Positions 1 through 9,763 of a stretch of DNA of 32,000 nt are shown here, piece after piece. The stretch is from a cyanobacterium endosymbiont of Braarudosphaera bigelowii. Its GTDB lineage: Bacteria; Cyanobacteriota; Cyanobacteriia; Cyanobacteriales; Microcystaceae. The notes beneath the pieces were generated by a model that searched no databases, was not told the origin of the DNA, and was given only the letters and a program-made list of their open reading frames with translations. The stretch spans positions 810,001-842,000 of the forward strand of contig NZ_AP024987.1 of assembly GCF_020885515.1 (NCBI RefSeq). Reading direction: 5' to 3'. A program made the position numbers and the translations under genes. Position 1 is the first letter of the stretch; each line of letters begins with the position of its first letter.

Positions 1-1
1 T

Positions 2-643
2 ATACCTATAATTGGAGGAGATGTTTGCTATTCTCCTACTAAGATAATTAGTATAACTGCTATAGGAAAGGTATATCCTAATCATGTTATTAAGCGCTCT
101 ATCGCTAAACCAAATCAAGTAATTCTTGTTACAGGCCATCATGGAATGTCAAAAGCGGGGCTAGAATTGCTATCAAATTCTCATTTGAAAAAATATTTAG
201 AGAAAGAAATACAACTTAAATTTATTAATGCTCATCAATATCCTGAACCTCGTTTAGATGTTTTACCTTATCTTAAAGATATTATGAAAACTCACAAAGT
301 AGCAGGAATGGATAGTAGTGATGGGTTGGCAGATGCAATTATTCAAATATGTGAAATGAGTGGTGTTGGTGCAGAAATAGAACAGTCTAAAATTCCTATG
401 ATAGATAAATTATCTAAATACATATCTAGAGAAGAAGCTTTAGAATGGGTTTTGTACGGGGGAGAAGATTTCGAATTAGTACTATGTTTACCTGAAGAAA
501 TAGCTTTCAAATTACTTCATAAATTAGGAAAAGACGCTCATATCATTGGTAGAATAATTAAGGAAAAATCTATTACTTTACTTAAAGAAAATTCAGAGTG
601 CTTGTTTCTAAAAACTTCTGGAGGATTCCAACATTTTTCTTAG
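2..643 (+). CDS. thiL: Thiamine-monophosphate kinase ThiL, C-terminal part (5' truncated by window edge)
   Basis: The frame is open from base 2 (IPIIGGDVCYSPTKIISITAIGKV...VILVTGHHGMSKAGLELL), so the tracked start at 146 is internal. ThiL-like motifs present: GGD, MDSSDGLADAI, YGGEDFELV. Confidence 0.93.
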   Translation: MPIIGGDVCYSPTKIISITAIGKVYPNHVIKRSIAKPNQVILVTGHHGMSKAGLELLSNSHLKKYLEKEIQLKFINAHQYPEPRLDVLPYLKDIMKTHKVAGMDSSDGLADAIIQICEMSGVGAEIEQSKIPMIDKLSKYISREEALEWVLYGGEDFELVLCLPEEIAFKLLHKLGKDAHIIGRIIKEKSITLLKENSECLFLKTSGGFQHFS

Positions 644-765
644 TTATAAAACTTCCATATCGAAAAACTTAAAAGGTAAGGACAACAGAGAACTATATTG
701 CCATTAAGAATATGAAAAATATCCCATTCTATACAATCGTAACGATTAATTTAATACTAAAAAAT

Positions 766-1014
766 ATGGAGATACAGGTAGGATTAGCGTTACCTCCTCC
801 ACAAGACATTCCTGAAGAAATACTACGTCATGAAGTAATTACAGAGGGACGTTCTGAATTAACTGGAGAAGTTCTAAATTCTTTAGAATATGCCGAGATG
901 CAAGAAAAGTTATCTAGAAGTTCTTATCATCCTGAAGTAAATACAAAACTAAAACATCTTGTATTTTTATTAAAAATTAGAAAGATGTTAAAAACTATTA
1001 TACCTATTTTATAA
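766..1014 (+). CDS. Small conserved cyanobacterial-type hypothetical protein
   Basis: The ORF track starts at 712. The internal Met at 766 (MEIQVGLALPPPQDIPEEILRHEVITEGRSELTGE...) is the more plausible start because the first 18 residues look non-conserved. The LPPPxDIPEEIL...ITGE-like core resembles a cyanobacterial conserved family. Confidence 0.6.
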   Translation: MEIQVGLALPPPQDIPEEILRHEVITEGRSELTGEVLNSLEYAEMQEKLSRSSYHPEVNTKLKHLVFLLKIRKMLKTIIPIL

Positions 1015-1105
1015 AAGATTTATTAGGACAATTATTTAAAAGTAGGCAGTTCTTTACTATAAATTTTATATAAAAAAATTATTTAAGGTAATCATAAAAG
1101 ATTAG

Positions 1106-2023
1106 TTATAGATTTGCATCAGCGTTTCTCCGCCAAGCCTTTGCTTTTATCCTTTTCAATGAAGAAGATGAAAATTTTTGCTGCCATTGTATCTCTGTAA
1201 GATTTGATATTTCTTCTAAATGAAGTGATATATTTCCAGGATAAGGATAAAAATCCTGAATGTTTGTCTCTTGAGAAAAGCGTTGATTCCAAGGACAGAC
1301 ATCTTGACAAAGATCACATCCGGCAACCCATCCATTTAGATTGTTTACTATATATTCAGGAAGATTTTCTGATTTATTTTCAATAGTATGGTAAGCAATA
1401 CAACGTCTAGAATCTACTACAAATGGACTAACAATAGCTTTCGTAGGACATATATCTATACATCGTCTACATGCACCACAATGTTTAACATGAGGAGTAT
1501 CACTAATTAAACTTAAGTTAGTTAGAACTACTCCTAAAAACACCCAACTACCAAATTCTTTAGTAATAATATTTCCGTTTTTGGCGATCCAGCCAATCCC
1601 TGAACGCTCTGCCCAAACTTTTTCTTGTATAGGTCCTGTATCAACGTAACAAACAGTCTTTATATTTTTCTTAGTTAACCATTTGCAGAAAAGCTTTAGC
1701 TTCTGCTTTAACACTTTATGATAATCTTTGCCCCAAGCATAACGAGAAACCTTACCATAATTTATATTATTTGAGTGCTTATGAGGAGTATAGTAATTTA
1801 AAGCAACAGTGATAACTGATCTGATATCTGGCATGCATTGAGTAATGTCAAAACGTTTAGGATTATTCATCCATGCCATATCTGCTTGATATCCTAAGGA
1901 TAGCCAATTTTGTAAATTATAAATAGCATTATCTTCATAAATTATATGAGGATTGGCGATACCTATTTTGTCAAATCCTATATCAAAAGCTTTATTCTTA
2001 ATTTTTCTAGTAGTCGATAGCAT
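1106..2023 (-). CDS. queG: Epoxyqueuosine reductase QueG
   Basis: Two ferredoxin-like 4Fe-4S motifs (CGACRRCIDICPTKAI; CDLCQDVCPWN) and YVDTGPIQEKVWAERSGIGWIAKN, typical of QueG. Confidence 0.93.
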   Translation of the reverse strand: MLSTTRKIKNKAFDIGFDKIGIANPHIIYEDNAIYNLQNWLSLGYQADMAWMNNPKRFDITQCMPDIRSVITVALNYYTPHKHSNNINYGKVSRYAWGKDYHKVLKQKLKLFCKWLTKKNIKTVCYVDTGPIQEKVWAERSGIGWIAKNGNIITKEFGSWVFLGVVLTNLSLISDTPHVKHCGACRRCIDICPTKAIVSPFVVDSRRCIAYHTIENKSENLPEYIVNNLNGWVAGCDLCQDVCPWNQRFSQETNIQDFYPYPGNISLHLEEISNLTEIQWQQKFSSSSLKRIKAKAWRRNADANL

Positions 2024-2080
2024 ATCAAAAATCCATTTAAGGATAACGAATAAATATTGTTCTTAAAACTGGTTGTAATT

Positions 2081-3226
2081 TCAATTACATTTAATCATTT
2101 TTCCATGTCTAGTTAATTTATATTTATTATTACGCCATATAACAGTCCGTTGAGTAAAAGCTAGTACCCAAAAAATTAAACCAAATAAATCTCTTAGAGG
2201 TAATAAATATAGACTCTTAATACTCTCACTATCTTTCATTTCTTGAGCTACTATAAAAGCACTGGATACTCTAATTAGTATTGTTATGATTAATACAAAT
2301 AAACTAATCATGCTTCTTTTCAACAGACAAAACATTATGGCGAATGGAATTGCTCTAATAAAAATAGTTGAGACAAAAGCTCCAGGTCTTGCTAAATAAG
2401 TGTTTTGATCCCAATACACTTGGTGATTCCACCAGGTTTTCCAACTTTTTAAGTCTACAACAACATCTATAATATAGGGTAGAAGTATCATACTTTTACC
2501 AGAAGTCCATACTCTTTTTCCAATTTCATAATCTTCGACAAGATAGTTTGCTAAACTTTTTAATCCTCCAAATGAATTCAAAGTTGATTTATGAATTGCA
2601 ATAGACGGACCTAAACATGAGTTGGATGCTCCTGTTACATAAGCAAAAATGACGCTTGGCATGAAGTCTGAATTAATTGTTAACATTTCTAATTTTTCAA
2701 ATAAGTTATTGGCTTTTGTAATTTTGAAAGGAGTACAAACGCAACCTACCTCTCCTTTAATAAAAGGTGCAATGATATTAGAAATGTAATCATTTTGTAA
2801 ACAAGTATCACTATCGCTTATTATAAGAAATTCGTGTTTTGCTTCATCAATTGCTCCTAGAAGATTATTAACTTTCCCATTCGCTCCTTCCTCAACTGTA
2901 CTAATAACAACAGAGATAAAGTCTTTACCTAATTCAGATTGAATTCTTTTTAAGATAGGATAAGCTGGATCATCTAATTCTTGAACAGAATAAATTACTT
3001 GGTAATTAGGGTATTGTTGTTTAACAACACTTCTTAAATTATTTTCTAAATTTTTTTCTAAACCTCTAACAGGTTTTAAAATTGATACTGGTGGAGTAAA
3101 ACCTTCATTTATAAAGGAATGCTTTAAGAAATATTTAGTTGTAAAAACAGTAATGACTGAAAAAATAGATCCACATATAATGGGGATCAAACAGAATAAT
3201 GATAGTGTGTTAAAAATATCTATCAT
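2081..3226 (-). CDS. GT21-family glycosyltransferase (ceramide glucosyltransferase / HpnI-like)
   Basis: N-terminal TM, PPVSILKPVRGLEKNLENNLRS, ISDSDTCLQNDYI, VEDYEIGKRV and C-terminal TM helices, as in GT21-like enzymes. Confidence 0.75.
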   Translation of the reverse strand: MIDIFNTLSLFCLIPIICGSIFSVITVFTTKYFLKHSFINEGFTPPVSILKPVRGLEKNLENNLRSVVKQQYPNYQVIYSVQELDDPAYPILKRIQSELGKDFISVVISTVEEGANGKVNNLLGAIDEAKHEFLIISDSDTCLQNDYISNIIAPFIKGEVGCVCTPFKITKANNLFEKLEMLTINSDFMPSVIFAYVTGASNSCLGPSIAIHKSTLNSFGGLKSLANYLVEDYEIGKRVWTSGKSMILLPYIIDVVVDLKSWKTWWNHQVYWDQNTYLARPGAFVSTIFIRAIPFAIMFCLLKRSMISLFVLIITILIRVSSAFIVAQEMKDSESIKSLYLLPLRDLFGLIFWVLAFTQRTVIWRNNKYKLTRHGKMIKCN

Positions 3227-3360
3227 AAATTTATATATCTTGGTTATACGATAGGATTAATATATATATACTAAAAACAGTTCTATATACAAAATAAAAT
3301 TTACTAAATAATTTTTTGGGGAGTATACCAATTGATCTACTTATATCTTTAATTATATTG

Positions 3361-3420
3361 AAAATAGAATAGCTTCTTAATCAGAAATATATATTTCTGA
3401 TTAAGAAGCTATTTTATTTT
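3361..3420 (-). terminator. Long near-perfect palindrome, probable transcription terminator of infC
   Basis: aaaatagaatagcttcttaatcagaaatat followed by atatttctgattaagaagctattttatttt: 29 of 30 positions are complementary. It overlaps the infC stop codon at 3414-3416. Confidence 0.65.
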
Positions 3421-3953
3421 AATTCTTTCTTAGGACTCATTAACATCATCATATTTCGCCCTTCACGTTTTGGAGCTTGCTGAATTTCGGCTAATTCTTT
3501 TAGATCAGTTGCCATACGACTAAGTAATTCTTGTGCTAAATTAGCATGTTGGATTTCACGTCCCCGAAAAGTAATAGTTGCTTTAACTTTATCTCCTGAT
3601 TTTAGAAATCGCTTGGCTTGATTAACACGAACTTGATAGTCATGCTCATCAATCTTGTAGCGCATTTTTACTTCTTTAACATCAGCAGTATGTTGCTTTT
3701 TCTTCGCTTCTCTAGCTTTTTTTTCCTGTTCAAATTTATACTTACCATAATCCATGATTCTACAAACAGGAGGTTTGGCAGTTTCACTGACTAGTACAAG
3801 GTCTAGTTCTTGTTCTTGAGCAGTATTTAAAGCTTCTTCTGGGGAGATAATACCGAGCTGTGAACCGTCACTGTCAATTACTCGTATTTCAGGGAAGCGA
3901 ATTCTTTCGTTAATCTTTGGGAGATCGCGTTGTGTGCGTCTTTTATCTATCAC
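3414..3953 (-). CDS. infC: Translation initiation factor IF-3 (GTG start)
   Basis: [20 protein letters not shown]...[28 protein letters not shown]...[17 protein letters not shown]...FRGREIQH. The start codon is gtg, read from cac at 3951-3953. Confidence 0.98.
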   Translation of the reverse strand: MIDKRRTQRDLPKINERIRFPEIRVIDSDGSQLGIISPEEALNTAQEQELDLVLVSETAKPPVCRIMDYGKYKFEQEKKAREAKKKQHTADVKEVKMRYKIDEHDYQVRVNQAKRFLKSGDKVKATITFRGREIQHANLAQELLSRMATDLKELAEIQQAPKREGRNMMMLMSPKKELK

Positions 3954-4690
3954 AGGCGTTTTTTAATGTTTCTCTATATGATATAAATGAACTACAATCA
4001 ATTTAAATCAAGACCTTTTGACAAGTCTTTTGCGATTGTAATAATTTCTTGCCAAGTTATGTTTACTTTAACCATGTATCTAGTGTCAATTTTAAATTAC
4101 TTATTTCTATAGTAATTTTACTTTAAAGTTAAGTATTGAATAACAACTTTTACAAAATCATAAAGTATAAATACTTATTCTAAGACAACTATATACTAGT
4201 CAATAATCTTGGGAAAAATAAAGTCATAATATTTCAAATAGTGACTTGAATTTAATGAACAAAAGTTAGACCTCCAATAATATCATTATGTAATTTTGCC
4301 TCGAAATTAATCTCTTAAATACAATACCTCATTTCTGGCTAGAATAATTAATTTTATACTTGATATTTTCTAAATTGAATAAAGTAAAGAAAGTTAATAC
4401 TATTTATAAAAATAAACTTTAAGTTAAAATCACTAAGTTCATAATAATTTTAAATATAGTTTTTTTGCAGACGTTACTTTAATATTTTACTTGTGTAGAG
4501 AAAACAATTGTTTTAATTTCTAAAATATTTTAATTAAATAATAAAAAATATACAAATAATTGTTCAATTCCATAAATGGCGAATAATAGTATCTTTATTG
4601 TTTAATTTTAAAAATTTGTTGAAAAATGAAATTTCAGTGACAGTAAACCGTTACCCTAGATTGAAGAGAAATCATAGGAGTGATACTTAG

Positions 4691-5989
4691 GTGACTATCA
4701 AAATTGGCTTATTAGGTTTAGGAGTAGTTGGAACGGGAGTTGCAAAAATTATACTTGATCCTTCAGGGCGTAACTCCCTTTTAAATGAAATTTCTATAGT
4801 AAAAATAGGAGTACGATCACTTGATAAATCTCGTCAGATAGATTTACCTCCAAATATAATTGGAACTGATTTAGAAAGCATAGTCAATGATCCTGATATT
4901 GATATTATAGTTGAGCTATTAGGTGGATTAGAACCGGCTAGAACACTCATTCTAAAAGCTATTACCAACAAAAAACATATTGTTACTGCAAATAAGGCAG
5001 TTATGGCACTGCATGGAGATGAAATTTATAAAGAAGCTTATATAGCTGGTATAAATGTCTTATCAGAAGCTACTGTTGGAGGAGGTATTCCTATTGTGAA
5101 AGCTCTCAAACAGTCTTTAGGTGCCAATCGCATTGAAAGTATTGTTGGTATAATTAATGGCACCACAAATTATATTTTGACAAAAATGGCTTCTACAGAC
5201 ACTAAATTTGAAACAGTTCTGATGGAAGCACAAGCATTAGGATATGCAGAATCTGATCCAAGTGCTGATATTGATGGATTAGATGCAGCTGATAAAATTG
5301 CTATCTTAGCTTCTTTAGGATTTGGAATACAAATCAATAGAAATGACATTTATTATGAAGGTATTCGTGGGATTAACTCTATAGACATAAAATATGCTAA
5401 GCAATTAGGATTCGTAATTAAATTATTAGCAATTGTAAAGAAAGTTGAAAATAATACTTCTAAAAAATTACAATTAAGAGTACATCCCACTTTGGTTCCC
5501 AGAGAACATCCTTTGGCTCATGTAAATGGAGTATATAACGCAGTATTAGTAGAAGGAAGTCCTTTAGGAGAAGTCATGTTTTTTGGAGAAGGTGCTGGTT
5601 CTGGGCCTACAGCTAGTGCAGTAGTATCTGATATTATAAATATTGCGGATGCTCTTAAGAAAAATACAATTATTGATTCTATTAGCCCTTCACCACATCG
5701 TATTAATAATAATTCATACGAGATAACTTCTATAGAATCAATTAAGACTCCTTTCTATGTTCGTTTTCTTAGCAAAGATCTACCTGGTGTTATAGGACAT
5801 TTAGGAACAATGTTTGGTAAATATAATGTTAGTCTAAAGTCAGTTGTACAAATTGGTTTTCAGGGAAACTTAGCTGAAATTGTTGTTATTACTCATCATG
5901 TTGATGAAGGTTCTTTTCGTACTGCTCTTAATAAAATGTGTACTTTAGAAGCTATTGATTGTATTCCAAGTGTTTTACGAGTTTTATGA
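4691..5989 (+). CDS. hom: Homoserine dehydrogenase (GTG start)
   Basis: GLLGLGVVGTGVAKI, VTANKAVMALHG, VGGGIPIVKALKQSL, GIINGTTNYILTKM, and a C-terminal ACT-like domain (SKDLPGVIGHLGTMFGKYNVSL). Confidence 0.95.
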   Translation: MTIKIGLLGLGVVGTGVAKIILDPSGRNSLLNEISIVKIGVRSLDKSRQIDLPPNIIGTDLESIVNDPDIDIIVELLGGLEPARTLILKAITNKKHIVTANKAVMALHGDEIYKEAYIAGINVLSEATVGGGIPIVKALKQSLGANRIESIVGIINGTTNYILTKMASTDTKFETVLMEAQALGYAESDPSADIDGLDAADKIAILASLGFGIQINRNDIYYEGIRGINSIDIKYAKQLGFVIKLLAIVKKVENNTSKKLQLRVHPTLVPREHPLAHVNGVYNAVLVEGSPLGEVMFFGEGAGSGPTASAVVSDIINIADALKKNTIIDSISPSPHRINNNSYEITSIESIKTPFYVRFLSKDLPGVIGHLGTMFGKYNVSLKSVVQIGFQGNLAEIVVITHHVDEGSFRTALNKMCTLEAIDCIPSVLRVL

Positions 5990-6348
5990 AAATTAATAAC
6001 CATTTTTCTATTGAAGATCCATAATTTTTAATTTTTCCCTAAAAATAGAATTATATGTGTAGTAAAAAAATAGTATTAAACTTCTTAATTTTGAGCTATC
6101 GTGATGCAGTTATCTGAAATCAACTTTTATAATAAAGTTGTATTAGTAAAATTATATTATATATATAACATCTATCAGATAGCTTGTTTAAAACTTGATT
6201 TATTCATTAAATATTATAAAAAAATTTCTGAATAACAAATTAATTCAATTAATAAAATTTCTTGTACATTGTGCATTAATAGTAACCAGACATTCTTAGA
6301 CAAAAGTAGAATGCATTAGCTATGTATTAATAAAATTACTATAAAGGC

Positions 6349-6387
6349 ATCTACAAACTAACTGTAGATATATGGGATATATCTACA
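6349..6387. promoter_or_regulatory. Candidate alternative-hairpin element
   Basis: ATCTACA (6349-6355), TGTAGATATAT (6363-6373) and ATATATCTACA (6377-6387). The middle arm can pair perfectly with either flank (7 bp or 11 bp). Confidence 0.35.
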
Positions 6388-6621
6388 ATCATCTTAATCA
6401 TGAGATAACCACCTTTATATATATTTATAGTATTTTATAAGTAATAGAAAAAACACTACAAAGAATATATGATTAGTCTTGAAATATAAAGTCTCAATGA
6501 TTTTATTAAAAATTAAAAAATTCTAAAATGATAGATTTATGATAAACAACTTTATAATATTTTATGTTAGTTCTTTCTTTTTACCAATATTCAAAAAAGC
6601 TCAGTTTTATTTAGCTAGTTC

Positions 6622-9258
6622 ATGCAGTCTTATATAAATTCCCAGCATTTTTATAAATGGATAAAATCACAAAAATTTGATATCAGCAATAATAATAATT
6701 ATGCCCTAATAGAAGCATGTATCATAGGCGTACTTTCAGCTATCGCTGCTTTGCTTCTAAAACAAGGAGTAGGCTATTTAGGTAGCTGGCGTATTACTTT
6801 GGCCAACAATTTTGGAGCTATATGGGTATTACCTTTTGGAGGCTTAAGTTTAGGTTATTTATCTGGCTGGTTAATTGAAAAGGCTTCTCCAACTGCAGCT
6901 GGTGGAGGAATTACTCAAGTAAAAGCTACTCTATATAGATATCCTATTCCATTATCTCTAAAGGTAGCAATTGTTAAGCTAGTTGGTACAGTTTTAGTCT
7001 TAGGAGCAGGTTCAATCCTTGGCCGTCGTGCTCCTACTGTTCACATTGGAGCTGCTTTAGCAGCACAACTTAATAGTTGGTTCCCCACTTCTCCTGAACG
7101 TAGAAGACAAATGATTGCTGCAGGAGCAGCAGCAGGTTTGGCTGCAGGTTTTACCACTCCTATCGCAGGAGTCCTTTTCGTTGTAGAGGAATTAATGCAA
7201 GATGTCTCTGGATTGACGTTAGAAACATCTATCGTCGCTTCTTTTACAGGAGCAGTAATTTCGTTACTTCTTCAATCATCAACACTTAATTTTCCTTCGC
7301 CTTTATTAAAACTTCCTAATATTAATTTTTCAGTATCTGAGATTCCATTTTATCTACTGCTAGGAATTTTAGCAGGAATTTTAGGAGCTTTGTTTAATAG
7401 AGGATTACTATTTAGTTTAAAAGTACAACAAAATTTTAATTTATCTCTATCTTGGCGTATTGGCCTATCTGGCATGCTTTCAGGTACTATAGTGGCTATT
7501 CTACCTCCTTTCTTTCAGGATAATGCTGGTTTAAGAATCGTATTAGTAACAGGAGGATTAAGTGGAGAAAAGATTTTATTAGTATTTATAGCCCACTTTT
7601 TTCTAACAATGCTTGCTTATAGCGCTAATACTCCTGGCGGATTGTTTAGCCCGGCTCTAGTTTTAGGGTCAGCATTAGGTTATTTAGTAGGGGATTTTGA
7701 AGCATTTTTAACAGGTACTGGATCAGAATCTACATATGCTTTAGTAGGTATGGGAGCTTTCTTTACAGCTGTAGTTAGGGTTCCTATTACTGCTATTGTT
7801 TTCGTTTTTGAGCTTAATAGAGATTTTAATATAGTACTTCCACTTATGATTACTTGTGCAACATCATACATAATTGCTGAAAATGTTTCTAGAGGATCGC
7901 TGTATGATCATATGTTAAAGGCTTTAGGAATTAGTACTGCTGAAAAATCAACTTCGCAGAACCTTGGCCATGAATTAATAGCATCTCAAATAATGCAGTC
8001 TAAGGTTGAAGTATTATCTAGTCACTTAACATTAGACGATGTACTTAAGAAAATGATGGTATCAACTCATCGAGGATTTCCTATAATGAGTAATGGAAAA
8101 TTAGTAGGAATTATTACTCAAATAGATTTAAAGAAATTATCCAATGTTTCACTGAGTACTCCTTTATCAGATTTTATGAATCCAGATCCCTTAACTATAA
8201 AGGCAGATGCATTCTTAAGTGATATTTTATATGTTCTTGATCATCATCAATTTTCTCGAGTTCCAGTCGTGAAAGAAAATAAACTAGTAGGAATAATAAC
8301 TAGAACAGACATCATTAATGCTGAAGCAAACAAAGTAGAAAAAAATATTTTAAGCCATAGTAGAAACCATGGTTCTTCATTTTATACAGTTTATCAAACC
8401 AGATCTTCTATAGCCGGAAATAATAGACTATTGCTGCCTCTTTTTAATTTAGATATAGACTTTTCTTTGCTCAAGTTTGTAATCTCGTTAGCTCAGAAAC
8501 AAAATAAAGAAGTTGAATGTTTACAAATAATAGAAGTACCAAAGTATAACAATTTAAGTAGGAATGAGATATTTACTGGACCTGACCGTCAGTTACTTCA
8601 AAGAGTTGAGATGTTAGGTTATCAATATGGAGTCCCAGTTCATACTCAAATTGTTATAACTCATGATGTTAAGCAAACTATTCTGGATATTATTCAAAAA
8701 AATCATATTAGTTCAATAATTTTAGAATGGCACAAGAAAAATATAGCCTCTCAAATACCTGATAATAAAGTAATTGACATACTAATAAACCAAACTTCAT
8801 GTGAGTTAATTTTAATTAAGTTAGTCTTAGGTAAAAAAGATTCATTTTCTGAGTTAAGTAAGTGTAACAATTGGCTTATTCCTATTTCTTATGAGTCTAA
8901 TGCTAAGCAAATTTTAAAATTATTATCTGAGTTAATTCAATTATATTCTTCTCAAAATCCTCCCAAAATAACATTGTGTTACACATTTTCATTAAATAGT
9001 AAAAGATTAGCTCATAAATTATTAGAAAAAAAAGCAAAATTATTAGCGAAAAAGTTAAATTGTGAAATATTTCCTATTTTTACCCGTTCTCGATCAACAC
9101 TCAAAACAGTATTTGAATTAAGTTCAACAAAGACATATAAAGTGATCGTATTAGGAATAAACCAAAAGGAATTGTCTAATTATGTAGTTCAACAGAAGAT
9201 TTCAAAACTTATTAACCAACACAACAATAGTACTATTGTTATAATTAAAGAATCATAA
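6622..9258 (+). CDS. CLC-family chloride channel/transporter with CBS pair and C-terminal universal-stress-like domains
   Basis: CLC core (FGGLSLGYLSGW, GAAAGLAAGFTTPIAGVLFVVEEL, PGGLFSPALVLGSALGYLVG), two CBS domains (about 980 and 1160 bp before the stop), and a USP-like C-terminus (VYQTRSSIAGNNRLLLPL...). Confidence 0.92.
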   Translation: MQSYINSQHFYKWIKSQKFDISNNNNYALIEACIIGVLSAIAALLLKQGVGYLGSWRITLANNFGAIWVLPFGGLSLGYLSGWLIEKASPTAAGGGITQVKATLYRYPIPLSLKVAIVKLVGTVLVLGAGSILGRRAPTVHIGAALAAQLNSWFPTSPERRRQMIAAGAAAGLAAGFTTPIAGVLFVVEELMQDVSGLTLETSIVASFTGAVISLLLQSSTLNFPSPLLKLPNINFSVSEIPFYLLLGILAGILGALFNRGLLFSLKVQQNFNLSLSWRIGLSGMLSGTIVAILPPFFQDNAGLRIVLVTGGLSGEKILLVFIAHFFLTMLAYSANTPGGLFSPALVLGSALGYLVGDFEAFLTGTGSESTYALVGMGAFFTAVVRVPITAIVFVFELNRDFNIVLPLMITCATSYIIAENVSRGSLYDHMLKALGISTAEKSTSQNLGHELIASQIMQSKVEVLSSHLTLDDVLKKMMVSTHRGFPIMSNGKLVGIITQIDLKKLSNVSLSTPLSDFMNPDPLTIKADAFLSDILYVLDHHQFSRVPVVKENKLVGIITRTDIINAEANKVEKNILSHSRNHGSSFYTVYQTRSSIAGNNRLLLPLFNLDIDFSLLKFVISLAQKQNKEVECLQIIEVPKYNNLSRNEIFTGPDRQLLQRVEMLGYQYGVPVHTQIVITHDVKQTILDIIQKNHISSIILEWHKKNIASQIPDNKVIDILINQTSCELILIKLVLGKKDSFSELSKCNNWLIPISYESNAKQILKLLSELIQLYSSQNPPKITLCYTFSLNSKRLAHKLLEKKAKLLAKKLNCEIFPIFTRSRSTLKTVFELSSTKTYKVIVLGINQKELSNYVVQQKISKLINQHNNSTIVIIKES

Positions 9259-9274
9259 ATCTTAAGAAGCTATA

Positions 9275-9763
9275 TTAAATATTGTTTGTCAATCCCGATA
9301 ATCCTGCATATGCAATGGCGATTGCGTCTACGCTATCATCAACAGGTATTGTTTGTAGATTAAATAATTGATTAATAGTCTGTGCTACGCTGTTTTTTGT
9401 AGCTTTCCCACTGTCTAAATAACGTTTCCAACTAGCTTGGTGAAGAAAAACTGGTTGAATTTGCGTTTCTCGATAACAAGCCAAGTTAATTACTCCTACT
9501 GCTTGTATTACTCCACCTGCAGCTTTAATAGTACGACTAAAAAAAGGCATTTCAATTGAAATACCATAAAAATTAAATTCACTCAGTAACTCTACTAAAT
9601 CATGTTCAATTTCTAAGAGTCTTTGAGATGTTGATAAACCTTTATTTGTTTGGATAACTCCATAATCAATAATTAATGGGGTCGATTTTGTATGAGCTTT
9701 CAAGATTGCCCATCCAGTTATAGCAAGTCCTGGATCAATTCCTAACCAAATTTTGTCAGACAT
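9275..9763 (-). CDS. ruvC: RuvC-like Holliday junction resolvase family protein
   Basis: N-terminal GIDPGLAITGWAI, GISIEMPFF (catalytic E-like), and C-terminal DDSVDAIAIAYAGLS match the RuvC acidic-residue layout. It is somewhat divergent. Confidence 0.75.
   Translation of the reverse strand: MSDKIWLGIDPGLAITGWAILKAHTKSTPLIIDYGVIQTNKGLSTSQRLLEIEHDLVELLSEFNFYGISIEMPFFSRTIKAAGGVIQAVGVINLACYRETQIQPVFLHQASWKRYLDSGKATKNSVAQTINQLFNLQTIPVDDSVDAIAIAYAGLSGLTNNI

Noticed and set aside
1119-1386. ORFs 1119..1310 (-) and 1204..1386 (+) overlapping queG
   Set aside because: Alternative frames of a well-supported CDS, low-complexity and unrecognisable translations.
7680-7871. ORF 7680..7871 (-)
   Set aside because: Antisense to the conserved CLC coding region; no motif support.
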